Origin: a virus
Strand: one strand, 5' to 3'
Virus record (IMG/VR): IMGVR_UViG_3300021376_000010
DNA length: 64,000 nucleotides
A program made the translations under genes and the position numbers. The notes below the pieces were generated by a model. It did not search any database. It saw nothing but the letters and a program-made list of their open reading frames with translations, and was not told where the DNA came from. This document shows, piece by piece, positions 25,574 to 36,126 of this stretch; within the stretch, counting starts at the first letter, position 1; each line of letters begins with the position of its first letter.

Positions 25574-27187
25574 TTACCACTTAACTTTGTTTGCCCAATA
25601 TGCGGCACTCATCTTTCCCCTTGCAATATTTTTTGCGTGTCTTGTTTGAAATTTATGACGACGACTTGCATATGCTTTAGATTCACCTTTCTTTTTTGGT
25701 GAACCCTTAACTCCAAGTTGCCCGAAACGGATTAACTTTTCTTCACCACCTTCACATGCCTTTACAACGTGAGATTTTCCAGTTTCACCAGAACCATGTG
25801 CTTGTGCTTTTGGTTTATTGCACTTCATGTTGTCCTTATCGACTCCCTCACCAATAATACCATTAATTAATTGAGAGTTTTTTCTTCTTTTTTGATTTTC
25901 AAGTGCTTTTAGAAGCATAAGGATAAGAATTTTTTTCTTATCCATTTCTTCACTCATAACTTTTTCTTTTTTTTTCTTTTTCTTTTTTGGTTTTTCTGGA
26001 TTCATATTCAATTCTCTCATTCTTTTAAGAAAAGATTTTGTTGCAGATGAAGAAGAATCACTTGGTAAGTTCATCTCAGATTTTGAATGTTGACGAAACA
26101 TATCATCCTCATATGATTCACTTTGCATATATTCAGAAGCAGTATCAATATAGTCTGCTGCTCTTGTGATTTTAGATTGAACCCAAGCAGGAAGTTGCGT
26201 ATCTGCTTTCTTCACTTTCTTGCGAAGTGCTTTAATTGCTCTTTCCATTTGATCTAACTCAACGTTAGCCATATAACCTTCATCATCTTTCTTATGACCA
26301 CTTTCAATTTCTTTATGGTCCTCCATTACACTTGGATTCATTTCAATATTATTTTTTCCTTGCATAATATCAATAATTTTTTTCTTTTCAACTTTATTCA
26401 TTTTATCGTCAACTTCAAATAAAAATTCTTCTCTCCAATTTGAGTACTCTTCCATTCTAGTTTTTATAAGTGCAGATTTTAATGCAGGATTTCTTCTTGC
26501 TCTTTGCCCTAGACTCATACCAGTTCCTCTTTGTGGAGCAGGTGGTGCTTGATATGGTGCTCCACCTGCAGGACCAATTTTTTTAGAAGCAGGAGGAAGT
26601 CTCTTTGTTGAAGGTACTAATTTTTTCCTTTCTGGTGTTCCAGGAAGTTGTCCTTTCACATCTCTTCCTGCTCCATCAGAGTTTGGTCTTTGATCTCTAG
26701 TTTTTGGTCTTCCTGGTTGTCCTGGTTCTTTTTTAGCATTTTGACTTTCTAATGCTTTCTTCTCTGCCTCTTTTCTTTTTTTACGAGACTCCAATCCATG
26801 ATGTGCAGCTTTAGCAAGTCCAAATGCTAATGACCCAAGATTCTCAACTGCTTTTCCATGGGCAGTAAGATCCGCATCTTTATAACTAATTCTTTGAATA
26901 TTTGTTTTAGATAATGCTTCTTTTGCTTTTGCTTTATCTTTTTCACCAGCATCTTTTGCTTTTTCTATCTGTCTTTTCTTTTGATCTTCGTACTTTTGCT
27001 TTTTAAACTCAAGTTGTTGTTTTAAATACTTTGTGTATGCACTTTCGTTTTTTTTATTTTTACTTTTCTTTTTTGTAAGTTCGTCTAATACTTTTTGGGC
27101 AGCTTTTCTTTTTTTTGCCGAAAGTTCTTTTTTATTAGATTTTTCATCTTCTTTTGATTCAAAAATATACTTTTCCCAGTAAGTCAT
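25574..27187 (-). CDS. modular basic protein, probable head cargo
   Basis: late promoter 27216-27223; YSNWREEF and LPAWVQSKIT modules; C-terminal KLIRFGQ..RH..SAAYWANKVKW domain. Confidence 0.65.
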   Translation of the reverse strand: MTYWEKYIFESKEDEKSNKKELSAKKRKAAQKVLDELTKKKSKNKKNESAYTKYLKQQLEFKKQKYEDQKKRQIEKAKDAGEKDKAKAKEALSKTNIQRISYKDADLTAHGKAVENLGSLAFGLAKAAHHGLESRKKRKEAEKKALESQNAKKEPGQPGRPKTRDQRPNSDGAGRDVKGQLPGTPERKKLVPSTKRLPPASKKIGPAGGAPYQAPPAPQRGTGMSLGQRARRNPALKSALIKTRMEEYSNWREEFLFEVDDKMNKVEKKKIIDIMQGKNNIEMNPSVMEDHKEIESGHKKDDEGYMANVELDQMERAIKALRKKVKKADTQLPAWVQSKITRAADYIDTASEYMQSESYEDDMFRQHSKSEMNLPSDSSSSATKSFLKRMRELNMNPEKPKKKKKKKEKVMSEEMDKKKILILMLLKALENQKRRKNSQLINGIIGEGVDKDNMKCNKPKAQAHGSGETGKSHVVKACEGGEEKLIRFGQLGVKGSPKKKGESKAYASRRHKFQTRHAKNIARGKMSAAYWANKVKW

Positions 27188-27214
27188 TTAAGTTAAAAAG
27201 TACCCGTTATATCT

Positions 27215-28372
27215 TTATTTATAGTTTTTAGTAGAAACTGAGGACTTTTTATTTCTACCAACTAAAAAATTTTTAACTTTTTCTCCAGGTGTAACAGATT
27301 GAACATACTCCCTATATTCATCTGTTCCAATCTCATACACCTCTCTAACATCTTTTAACCAACTCTTAAACATAAGATTGTCTTCCGTTACGCAAATCAA
27401 GTAATTTGCACCTCTTCTAATTATTTTTCCAACTAATCCACTATTTACATTTTCAACAAAAGTCCCAACACCAAAAAGATTATTATTTTTATAATTCCAC
27501 CTCAATCCATCGTAATCAAACTCTGGTTCTATTCTCCATGCCTCAGTAGATTCACTAACACTCATGGACTTTTTAAGAGTATTAAAGAGTTCTTTTTTCT
27601 CTCCTGGGTCCATTGATGTAGGCAATCCAGCCCCAAATTTATAAAAATCATTCATAGCAACAGCAGCTTTCATTAAAGCAGAAGAACCAGGTGATTCCAC
27701 TTCACTATCTGGATCTTTTACTCCTGCGGTGATTACTTCCAAATTGGCAAATTCATATCCCTGTCCTTCTGCTTTATGCACTAAACTTTGAAATTCACCG
27801 AGTCTTTCTTGACCTACAACTAATACGACATCACTATACCCATCACCATAAAGAGATTCAAGAATATCAAATATAGTTTTTGCATCTTCATTATCAATGA
27901 TATAATCACCATATTCAGGAAACATAGATTTCATATACGAAATCTTTAATGTAGGATTTAAAGGATTGGAAGTAGAATCTTGAATTCTGCTTGGATAGAT
28001 TCTATATTCAAATCCTCTACGTTTTGCTTCAGAAAATCCTGCTTTTAATAATTGCTGATGATTTTTTGATGGTGGGTTAAATCTACCAATAACAACAACC
28101 ACACCCTTTGCTTCTTGAGGTTGTTCTTCTTGCTCTGGAGAGGTATTTACCTGCTGTGATTGTTTTATTTCCTCTCCTGGTACTCCATCTTTAGACGTAG
28201 TATCTCCCTGACCGTAGAATTTCAACTTACCATTAACAGTTTTCGCTACAAAATTTCCTTGTTTGTCGTACCAATCCCCATGACCGTTACCGACAAGTCC
28301 ACGATTCTTTGCTTCGGTAGATGCCAAGGTCTCTACTGCTTCTCTGAAAAAATTAGCAAAACTCTTCATCAT
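27215..28372 (-). CDS. cytidyltransferase-like protein with capsid-targeting-like N-terminus
   Basis: GRFNPP..H, NPL, LVVGQER; starts MKSFANFFREA; late promoter 28388-28395. Confidence 0.75.
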   Translation of the reverse strand: MMKSFANFFREAVETLASTEAKNRGLVGNGHGDWYDKQGNFVAKTVNGKLKFYGQGDTTSKDGVPGEEIKQSQQVNTSPEQEEQPQEAKGVVVVIGRFNPPSKNHQQLLKAGFSEAKRRGFEYRIYPSRIQDSTSNPLNPTLKISYMKSMFPEYGDYIIDNEDAKTIFDILESLYGDGYSDVVLVVGQERLGEFQSLVHKAEGQGYEFANLEVITAGVKDPDSEVESPGSSALMKAAVAMNDFYKFGAGLPTSMDPGEKKELFNTLKKSMSVSESTEAWRIEPEFDYDGLRWNYKNNNLFGVGTFVENVNSGLVGKIIRRGANYLICVTEDNLMFKSWLKDVREVYEIGTDEYREYVQSVTPGEKVKNFLVGRNKKSSVSTKNYK

Positions 28373-28399
28373 TACTTAGTTTTTAAATATTTATAATTG

Positions 28400-29326
28400 T
28401 CAATCGATCTCCAAAATAATTGAGTTTGCCGTAACGTTGGTTGTTTTTATTGCAGTTCCTTGTATTATTGCATCTTTTAACTTTTTTGGAAGTTGTTCTT
28501 TCTCTCTTATTTGAACTCTTGCACCAATATCAGATTTTGATAATGATTTGGAAAATATTCTCAAAAATCCATCTTTAGTTCTTAAAAAATTTCCCCTATT
28601 GTCTTTCAAAGAAAACAATTGGTCCGCTCTCCTTTTTCTAATCACAAGATATAATGTTTCCCCAGATTTAACCATTTTATTTGTGCTCAAAATATCACAA
28701 TCATTTATGGTTATAGTTTTTGCTTGAGTGTCAGTAGAAAATGAATTTGCACTACCATTCAAAATGTAATAATTAATTGGACCACCAACATTGGCAGCAG
28801 TAAATATCTCCAATCTCATACTATCTGGTATCTTAATATAAACATCAGGTATTACCACTGAAAGCAGTTTATCGTATTCATTTTTAATTTTTTCTTCTGT
28901 TGATTTATCTAAGGGTGCATTTGCAGGATTTTTTTGTATGTCTGCAATTAAATAATTACCAATTCTATTCATTGCCTGGTCTTTATATGGTTTAAAGTAT
29001 GAATTAAGTTCGGTTGCTACTTTTCTTAAAACTTTATTCATCCATAATTTCATTTCTATATCATCCACAAAACTTTTAAGCCCAGCACCAGCAAAATTAA
29101 TAGGATTATGTTGTTTGCAAGAAATTTTATAGTTAACCCCAGAAGAAGTTGATACAATTAAATCTGCTGCTGATTTGTCACCCAAAAAATCTTCAATTAA
29201 ACTAGATACATCTCTAATTTCAAACCCATTCCTTCCTTTTATTATTACTGGTCCTCCAGCAGCAATAATAAATTTGTTAACTTCTCTCAATATATTAGTT
29301 TCTTGCGCTGATCTATTCCCCGACAT
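28400..29326 (-). CDS. putative PD-(D/E)xK-fold nuclease
   Basis: QET helix, AADLIV...KISCK motif; hairpin-gated RBS. Confidence 0.45.
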   Translation of the reverse strand: MSGNRSAQETNILREVNKFIIAAGGPVIIKGRNGFEIRDVSSLIEDFLGDKSAADLIVSTSSGVNYKISCKQHNPINFAGAGLKSFVDDIEMKLWMNKVLRKVATELNSYFKPYKDQAMNRIGNYLIADIQKNPANAPLDKSTEEKIKNEYDKLLSVVIPDVYIKIPDSMRLEIFTAANVGGPINYYILNGSANSFSTDTQAKTITINDCDILSTNKMVKSGETLYLVIRKRRADQLFSLKDNRGNFLRTKDGFLRIFSKSLSKSDIGARVQIREKEQLPKKLKDAIIQGTAIKTTNVTANSIILEID

Positions 29327-29366
29327 TAAAAAATCCCCATTTTCTTTTATTTAGAAAAAGGGGATT
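29327..29366 (-). promoter_or_regulatory. RBS-sequestering hairpin containing a late promoter
   Basis: AATCCCC-T-TTTTCT-AAATAAA-AGAAAA-T-GGGGATT-TTTTA-ATG. Confidence 0.7.
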
Positions 29367-29373
29367 GAAATCA

Positions 29374-29562
29374 TTATTCTTTTCCTAATACTTGATTAAT
29401 TGCATCATCAAGATCAGTAATAACCTCACGGATATCAAAAATACGAGGAGGAACAGTATTCACATCAATAGTATAACCTTTTTGTGAATCAAACAGGACT
29501 TGACGAACCGCAGCAGCAGAACGCACATCCATTTTAATTGTTACTTTTTTTTCTTTAGTCAT
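29374..29562 (-). CDS. hypothetical protein
   Basis: ORF track; typical mazG neighbour. Confidence 0.7.
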   Translation of the reverse strand: MTKEKKVTIKMDVRSAAAVRQVLFDSQKGYTIDVNTVPPRIFDIREVITDLDDAINQVLGKE

Positions 29563-29747
29563 ATTTCTTCCAAATAATATTTCATGTGTGAAAAGTTTTT
29601 ATCTTTATCACGAATTGTTTTTCCACGAAATCTAAAAAGTTTTTTGTTTCCTTCGTCAGATACAACCCACATTACAGGTCCTTGTGATGTGTTTTGGAAC
29701 ATAAACTTTGCTTTTTCTGGAGCAATAAAAGATGTTAGTGTTTTCAT
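29559..29747 (-). CDS. hypothetical protein or gene fragment inside a duplication-flanked insert
   Basis: GGAGG SD; flanked by a 23/24-bp imperfect direct repeat. Confidence 0.5.
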   Translation of the reverse strand: MKTLTSFIAPEKAKFMFQNTSQGPVMWVVSDEGNKKLFRFRGKTIRDKDKNFSHMKYYLEEI

Positions 29748-29798
29748 AATGCCTCCAATTTTTGTTTTACAGATTCTGGTGTTGCTTTTTTTCTTTGG

Positions 29799-30227
29799 TC
29801 ATCGGTCGTCAGAAGCACGGTTTTCGGAAAAATAAACATCAAAAACACCTTCAGGATAACGCTTGAGAAGTTTTTGTACATTGCGAGCAACTACATCGTC
29901 AATAGAAACTTCAAGTGCCATACATGCTTGAGCAACATACCACATAATGTCACCGAGTTCAATAATAAGATGTTCTTTATTGTCTTGATTCCAGGACTTG
30001 CCTTGGAACACCATTTTCTTGACAATCTCCATAAACTCACCACCTTCGGCATTAATACCAACAGCAGCAGTCAGAAGACGTTCAATATTAGCACCCTTCT
30101 CATCAAGTTCAACCAACCTATCTGCGAGTGCTATAAAATCTTTAGATGCGTCAGAAGTTACAGCATCAACAAACTCTGCATACTTATCAAAATCAACGTG
30201 CTTTACAGTTTCAGTTTTAGTTTCCAT
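29799..30227 (-). CDS. mazG: MazG-like nucleotide pyrophosphohydrolase
   Basis: GINAEGGEFMEIVKK, ELGDIMWY, NVQKL..RYP. Confidence 0.92.
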   Translation of the reverse strand: METKTETVKHVDFDKYAEFVDAVTSDASKDFIALADRLVELDEKGANIERLLTAAVGINAEGGEFMEIVKKMVFQGKSWNQDNKEHLIIELGDIMWYVAQACMALEVSIDDVVARNVQKLLKRYPEGVFDVYFSENRASDDR

Positions 30228-30261
30228 TAAAATTTAAATCCAGAAAATTTACTTGTTTTTT
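30227..30261. repeat. 35-bp exact direct repeat, copy 1 (duplicate of the g41 3' end)
   Basis: TTAAAATTTAAATCCAGAAAATTTACTTGTTTTTT, identical to 31090-31124. Confidence 0.95.
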
Positions 30262-30271
30262 CTTCTTTGTA

Positions 30272-30299
30272 ATTATACTACAATTTTAACCTAGGTCAA
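30272..30299 (-). promoter_or_regulatory. sigma70-like promoter for mazG
   Basis: TTGACC-N16-TATAAT. Confidence 0.6.
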
Positions 30300-30303
30300 G
30301 AAT

Positions 30304-31089
30304 CTACCTAAACATATTTTTTATCGTTTGCCTAAATTTATTATAAAGTGAGTTTCCATCCCAATCATGGAGGAATACACTAGTTTTATATTTTAATAAA
30401 TTCATATTAGAATTATCTAAGTATTTTACATTAGAATTAAAACTTTTTCGTTGAAAAGGTATAATATGAATTAATGGTGTGCCAATTGTTATTAATTGTT
30501 CTCTTGGTATTTTATTTTCTCCTAATCCAATTTTTATTTCATTATTCCACTCAAAAAACCAAGTTAATGGAACAGGAAATTTATCTGTATGCATTATACC
30601 ACTTGAAGTAGTAAATCGAGTCTCCCTATACAAAACTGGATGCGTAATTAAACAGGATATCCCAGGACTTGTTTTTATATACCATGGAGTAAAAAGTTTA
30701 GAAAATCCACCATATTTTGGTTTCTCATTTTCAGAAAATCCAGGAATATGATGTTCCGTTTCATGGAGAGAATACTTATCTCTAAAATCATGCTCCCAAG
30801 TAATATATAATTGATTATCATCATTTCTTATTAAAAAGTTATTCCAAGAAGGAATAATGTATCCCATAGAAGAATAATCAATTATTCCTGGACATCCAGT
30901 AACATTTGTTTCTCTATCAACATCAGAAAAATTATTTGGATGAAGAAATACAAATGGACATTTTGATTTTTTAGAAATAATTTTAGTATCAGAAAACCAT
31001 GAAGGGAATTTCGTATAAGATGGATAAGGTTCACATATAATATCTTTATATTCTTTATGTGAAATAAATTCAATTATGTTTTTTTTCAC
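30304..31089 (-). CDS. inserted hypothetical protein (beta-rich)
   Basis: GCPGIID..GYIIP, TPWYIKTSPG, GTPLIHIIPF; very AT-rich. Confidence 0.7.
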   Translation of the reverse strand: MKKNIIEFISHKEYKDIICEPYPSYTKFPSWFSDTKIISKKSKCPFVFLHPNNFSDVDRETNVTGCPGIIDYSSMGYIIPSWNNFLIRNDDNQLYITWEHDFRDKYSLHETEHHIPGFSENEKPKYGGFSKLFTPWYIKTSPGISCLITHPVLYRETRFTTSSGIMHTDKFPVPLTWFFEWNNEIKIGLGENKIPREQLITIGTPLIHIIPFQRKSFNSNVKYLDNSNMNLLKYKTSVFLHDWDGNSLYNKFRQTIKNMFR

Positions 31090-31124
31090 TTAAAATTTAA
31101 ATCCAGAAAATTTACTTGTTTTTT
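31090..31124. repeat. 35-bp exact direct repeat, copy 2 (coding end of g41)
   Basis: identical to 30227-30261. Confidence 0.95.
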
Positions 31125-32463
31125 TTTCATCATAACCATACTCTTCTTCTTGTCCAGAGTCAAGTATATCTTTTTGAGCACTCTGCTCTACGTCATAAAG
31201 ACGCATCTTTGCCCTATCAATTCCAACAACAAACCGTTTATTTATTGTAGGGTCATTGTATCTGTTCTTTAATTGCTTAACCATAATCTGACCGAGTTGC
31301 TCTAGTTCTTCCGTCGAGATAAGAGCAAACATAAGATCAGCAGTAGCAGGCAGACCAAAACTTTCAGAAGTATCAGTGAGTTCAACATCGGAATTACCAT
31401 AACCTGAACGAGTGGTTTGAGTAGCAGAGACAATAGGAACATTAGTTTCAACTGCCAATCCACGAAGTTCTTCGGCAATTGCTTTCACAAAAGTATAAGA
31501 ATTGATATTACTATTTCCCTTATAACGTGAAGAAGCACAGATATTCAGATAATCAATAAAGATAATATCTGGTTTGAATGACTTCTTAAGAGATAGTTCA
31601 TTAAGAAGTGCCCTAAAGTGTCCTGCGTGTGCTGATGCAGTTGGATATTCTTTGATAATCAAAGTACCTTGACTCTTCTTACTGATATTATTAACTTTAG
31701 TTTCAAACATCATTTTGGGAAGAGATTCAATATCCTGAATATTAACATTCAAAAGATTTGAGTCAATACGTTCCGCAATCCTCTCTTCTGCCATCTCCAA
31801 AGTAATATAAAGTACATTTTTACCTTGAAGTAAAACAGAAGCAGCAACGTGGCACATGAATAGAGACTTACCAACACCAGTGCCTGCAAGAGCAATGTTG
31901 AGAGTCTTATTAGGAAGTCCACCTTTTGTGACACGGTTGAAGAATTCCAAATCAAACGGAATTTTGTCTTCCTTTTGATGATAAAAGTCGTATCGTCTTT
32001 CAAAGTCCTTGAAGTAATCGTGCCCAATATTATTATCGAAAGAAACTGCTAAAGCATCTGAAAGAATGCTTGGGATTGCATCTCTATTTTTCTTTTCATC
32101 TTGACCATCAGCAATCTTAATAGATTCCATCAGTGCAAGGTATATAGCACGGTCTCTACACCACTTCTCAGTGGTATCTACTAACCACTTATAATCAACA
32201 TCATTATTATCCAATCTGGACACATAATTACAAATGGTTTTATATGTGTCCTCAGTAATATCAGTCCTTTTTTCAGTTTCAATAAGGAGAACTTCTTTGG
32301 TTGCAAGTTTTTCGTAAGCAACAATAAACTTACAAATCTCCTCAAAAACTACTTTCTCATGTAGATTTTCAAAGTATTCATTTTTAATAAAAGGAAGAAC
32401 TTTTCTACAATAATCATTATTGAAGAGAAGATTCCTGAGAATAGTAGTTTCGACTTTTTCCAT
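31090..32463 (-). CDS. g41: replicative DNA helicase gp41
   Basis: AGTGVGKS Walker A, TLEMAEE, IDYLN, SESFGLPATAD, QLKNRY. Confidence 0.97.
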   Translation of the reverse strand: MEKVETTILRNLLFNNDYCRKVLPFIKNEYFENLHEKVVFEEICKFIVAYEKLATKEVLLIETEKRTDITEDTYKTICNYVSRLDNNDVDYKWLVDTTEKWCRDRAIYLALMESIKIADGQDEKKNRDAIPSILSDALAVSFDNNIGHDYFKDFERRYDFYHQKEDKIPFDLEFFNRVTKGGLPNKTLNIALAGTGVGKSLFMCHVAASVLLQGKNVLYITLEMAEERIAERIDSNLLNVNIQDIESLPKMMFETKVNNISKKSQGTLIIKEYPTASAHAGHFRALLNELSLKKSFKPDIIFIDYLNICASSRYKGNSNINSYTFVKAIAEELRGLAVETNVPIVSATQTTRSGYGNSDVELTDTSESFGLPATADLMFALISTEELEQLGQIMVKQLKNRYNDPTINKRFVVGIDRAKMRLYDVEQSAQKDILDSGQEEEYGYDEKKTSKFSGFKF

Positions 32464-33470
32464 TACCCTCCGTATGAGAATTCTTTTTGTGCTGCTTCAT
32501 CCAATGCTTGCATTACATCTCCAGTAAAATACTTTTCTGGATTGTCCATAATAGTCTTTCCATATTGAGAAGTTCCATCAGGGACTTGATACCTTGTACC
32601 ACTTTTTTCAAAAATACCATACTTCTCAGCAAGGTCAAGTAAACCATAATACTTATCAAGACCCCGTTCATCATAGTATAAACGAACCTCAACAGTTTTA
32701 TTTTCTTTACTTAGACGAGACTTATGAGTTGTTGCTTTGATGATATTACCAACAACTTCTGTTCCATCTTTTTCTTTTTTCTTGGAAAGATAGATGATTG
32801 TAGATGCAGCATATTTGAGTCCAGAACCACCACTCATTTCTTTAGTTGGAACATAGGAACCAACTACATCATAGGTATGATTAGTGACAATCATTGGGAT
32901 TTTTGCTTGTCCTAATTTCAAGGTTAACATTCGAAATGCACCTTTAACAAGTTGCGATTTAGTCATATCACGAACTTGCTTTTCTGCTAGAGCATCATCA
33001 ATTTCTTTTTCAGTAGAAAGCATACCCAAAGAGTCTAGCACAAACATGCAAGGTTTACGTTCTGCTTCTTTTTTCTTCAGATACAAATCAACTGCTTTGA
33101 GTGCCTTTGAACGAAACTCTTCTATGGTGACAACATTAACCACGACAAGACGGGATGTGTCGATGCCCCTTGACTCCAGAAGTGACTTTGTAATGGCAGC
33201 CTCAGTATCAAAGTAGAGACAATAACCATCGGGATTATTATCAAGAAAATTCTTAACAACAGCGAGACTGAAGAAAGTCTTTCCAGTAGAAGACTCTCCA
33301 GCAATAGCAGTAATCTTATTGCCAGATACACCACCAAGTACACTACCTGAAACCAGTGCATTAAAAATAAACGAACCCGTGTCAACATAAGTCTCAGTCT
33401 CATCAATATCAGAAGCAAGTTGTGTATACTCACCACCAATTTCTTTTACAATATCTTTAAGGAAATCCAT
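32463..33470 (-). CDS. uvsX: RecA-like recombinase UvsX
   Basis: [25 protein letters not shown]. Confidence 0.96.
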   Translation of the reverse strand: MDFLKDIVKEIGGEYTQLASDIDETETYVDTGSFIFNALVSGSVLGGVSGNKITAIAGESSTGKTFFSLAVVKNFLDNNPDGYCLYFDTEAAITKSLLESRGIDTSRLVVVNVVTIEEFRSKALKAVDLYLKKKEAERKPCMFVLDSLGMLSTEKEIDDALAEKQVRDMTKSQLVKGAFRMLTLKLGQAKIPMIVTNHTYDVVGSYVPTKEMSGGSGLKYAASTIIYLSKKKEKDGTEVVGNIIKATTHKSRLSKENKTVEVRLYYDERGLDKYYGLLDLAEKYGIFEKSGTRYQVPDGTSQYGKTIMDNPEKYFTGDVMQALDEAAQKEFSYGG

Positions 33471-33634
33471 TATGCTACCATCCCGTAATCTTCACGAAGT
33501 ATTTTTTTGTAAGGAAGTCCCTGTTTTTTCAGTTCCTTCACAAGTTTAAGTTTTTGATACAAAGCAGTGTCTCCTCCAAGAGACATTGCTTTTACAATCG
33601 TATCAAGTTCTTTATCGTTAATAGGTAAATCCAT
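33470..33634 (-). CDS. conserved small protein, 54 aa (start ATG 33634)
   Basis: [29 protein letters not shown]. Confidence 0.7.
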   Translation of the reverse strand: MDLPINDKELDTIVKAMSLGGDTALYQKLKLVKELKKQGLPYKKILREDYGMVA

Positions 33635-36126
33635 CAGGCAAAAAATGATTCTAAGGTAATTGTTTTTTCTACTTTCCATCCGATAGCATCAAGAATAACC
33701 TTCATTGGTTCCAAGAATGCTTTGTTAAATTGTAGTTCATAATCAATGTATTTGTCCAGACCGAGTTCCTTTGGAAATTCTTGAATATAAGAAATCACGT
33801 TTTCTCGAATTGGATTGGGAAGTTTTAAATAGCAAAATTTAATTTTTTCACCATTCTGAATTACTGCATATTTTTTATCCAGTTTTTTCTCCCGAATCAA
33901 ATGATTATAAAGAAGAGCACCACGAACATGAATTGGAGTTCCCTTTCCATAAATTGTTGCGTGTGCTTTATGTTTGACTACATCAGAAACAGTTCTAGGG
34001 AATGAAATTTGCTCCACAGAAAGATTAGTAAACTCTTTACGAGTCTGTTCGATATAATCAATCATATCATCTTCAGTTTTAGTCATAATGATTTTCAGAG
34101 CATCCTTAATCATCTGACGACAAGGAGCAGGAGTAGAAGACTTAACCGCTTCTAGTCCCATAATCTTAAGTTTTGGTTGTTCATATCGAACACCTTCACT
34201 ATCCCAAACGTTAAGAATGTATCTTTTCTTGGCAGTCCAGATTCCACGGTCAGCAATATTTTCCCGTTTCATCTGCATCTTTTGGTCATATGCATTCACG
34301 TATTCCGCCAATTCTTGATAAGAACTTTCAATATAAGGTTCAAATTCCATCTTACACAACTTGTCAAGGAACGAAACAACTTTCTCACGAGTCGTCTCTC
34401 TTCCCTTGTATACACCTTCAACCACAGGACCCATATTAAGATAAATGGAATCAGTATCAGAAGCAATGACATAATCAAAATCTTGTGTTTTTAATATCTT
34501 ATTTAGATACTGATTCATTTTCCTTTCAATCCATCGGATTGAAACTTGACCACTTAATGTAATTGCCTCAGCATTTGCCAGTTTATAATACCTAAAGTAT
34601 TGATTTCCAATGGCACCATAAGCAGAGTTCAGAGAAATCTTCTTTGCCATTTGGATATTATTACAACGAGCAATCTCCTTCTCCAACTCTTTGGTAGGAG
34701 TCTTTTCATATGCTTTCTTTGCCTCAATCATCTTCTTTTTGAAGATAACTCGGTCATTATACATTTTCTCCATTAACTCTGGGAGAAATCCCTTTATATC
34801 TTTCCTGTACTGTGCTCCATTAGCACAAACAGAATATTCACCATCAATTGTTATTTGTTTTGCAAGTAACCGTTCAACTGAAGCTGATGGATGCCTTGTC
34901 TCAACGAGTGTTTCTGGTGAGATGTTGTACTGCATAATAAGATGGGGATACAGGCTATTAAGGTCAAAACTAACCACCCAATCATAAATCCCAGGAATCG
35001 GTTCCTTGACATATGCCCCTGCAAATTTATCATCCTTAGATGATTTATCTTTTGGGGGAATAACGATGTTACGTTTCTTAAGGTAGTTGTAAATAATCGC
35101 ATCCCAAGTTCTTACTTGAAAGAATACATCATTATAATTAACCTTGGCATCATATGCCATCGTTAAGCATAACTCAATGAGTTTCATCTTGTCTTCCAGT
35201 TGGTCAACAAGTTCAACGTCTTTGATGTTATAATCAACAAATTTTTGCCAATTCTTAGTATAGAACTCTCGGAAAGTATCAAACTCAGAGTGGTCTAGTT
35301 TTTTCTGACCAAGTTCAACATTTGCAATATGGTCCAAACGATAAGATTCTTGATTGGTGTACGTGAATTTCTTATATAAATCAAGATAGTCAATCACAGA
35401 AACACCTGCAATTTCATAAGAAACCTGCTCTCTCCCTTGTATTACAAGTTCTTTTCTGCGAATATTACCCCAGGGAGAAAGACGACGTGCTTCTTTTTCA
35501 CCGAGAATACGTTCAATGCGACCTGCGATATAGGGAATATCATACAACTCACAATTCCATCCTGTAATGGCATCTGGAGTATTTTGTTCCCAAAATGCAA
35601 GGAAACGATTAATCAAATCAATTTCATCAAAACACTTAACATAAGCAACATCATTACGAGTATTATTATATTCTCGACTATTTGCAAAACAAACAATTTG
35701 CTTTGTTGAGTAATTTTGAAGGGTAATAGTCAGAATTTCTTCTGCACAATCAAATACATTTGGGAATCCACCTTCGGCAGCAACCTCAATGTCAATTGTT
35801 ACAAGACGGATTTTTGAGATGTCAAACTTAATTTCATCTTCAGGATACTTATCTGAGATGTACTGTGCCTTGTAATTATCATTACCATAGACAACAAACC
35901 CATCAACCTTAGAATACTTGTCAAGAAATTCTCTACAGTCAGAAATCTTTCCAGGTTGAATGAGTTCTACTGCATAACCATCTAGAGTTTTATATTTTGT
36001 TTTTTTCTTTGAAGGAACAAAAAGAGTTGGTTGATACTCTTCTTCTATTTGAAAATACTCACCATTGTCATATCCACGGACCAAAATTTTATTAAATTTT
36101 TCATAGACATTGGTGTAAAATCTCAT
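33634..36126 (-). CDS. g43: family B DNA polymerase gp43
   Basis: DIE exonuclease motif, SFDLNSLYP, KISLNSAYG, SDTDS, KKRY. Confidence 0.98.
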   Translation of the reverse strand: MRFYTNVYEKFNKILVRGYDNGEYFQIEEEYQPTLFVPSKKKTKYKTLDGYAVELIQPGKISDCREFLDKYSKVDGFVVYGNDNYKAQYISDKYPEDEIKFDISKIRLVTIDIEVAAEGGFPNVFDCAEEILTITLQNYSTKQIVCFANSREYNNTRNDVAYVKCFDEIDLINRFLAFWEQNTPDAITGWNCELYDIPYIAGRIERILGEKEARRLSPWGNIRRKELVIQGREQVSYEIAGVSVIDYLDLYKKFTYTNQESYRLDHIANVELGQKKLDHSEFDTFREFYTKNWQKFVDYNIKDVELVDQLEDKMKLIELCLTMAYDAKVNYNDVFFQVRTWDAIIYNYLKKRNIVIPPKDKSSKDDKFAGAYVKEPIPGIYDWVVSFDLNSLYPHLIMQYNISPETLVETRHPSASVERLLAKQITIDGEYSVCANGAQYRKDIKGFLPELMEKMYNDRVIFKKKMIEAKKAYEKTPTKELEKEIARCNNIQMAKKISLNSAYGAIGNQYFRYYKLANAEAITLSGQVSIRWIERKMNQYLNKILKTQDFDYVIASDTDSIYLNMGPVVEGVYKGRETTREKVVSFLDKLCKMEFEPYIESSYQELAEYVNAYDQKMQMKRENIADRGIWTAKKRYILNVWDSEGVRYEQPKLKIMGLEAVKSSTPAPCRQMIKDALKIIMTKTEDDMIDYIEQTRKEFTNLSVEQISFPRTVSDVVKHKAHATIYGKGTPIHVRGALLYNHLIREKKLDKKYAVIQNGEKIKFCYLKLPNPIRENVISYIQEFPKELGLDKYIDYELQFNKAFLEPMKVILDAIGWKVEKTITLESFFA

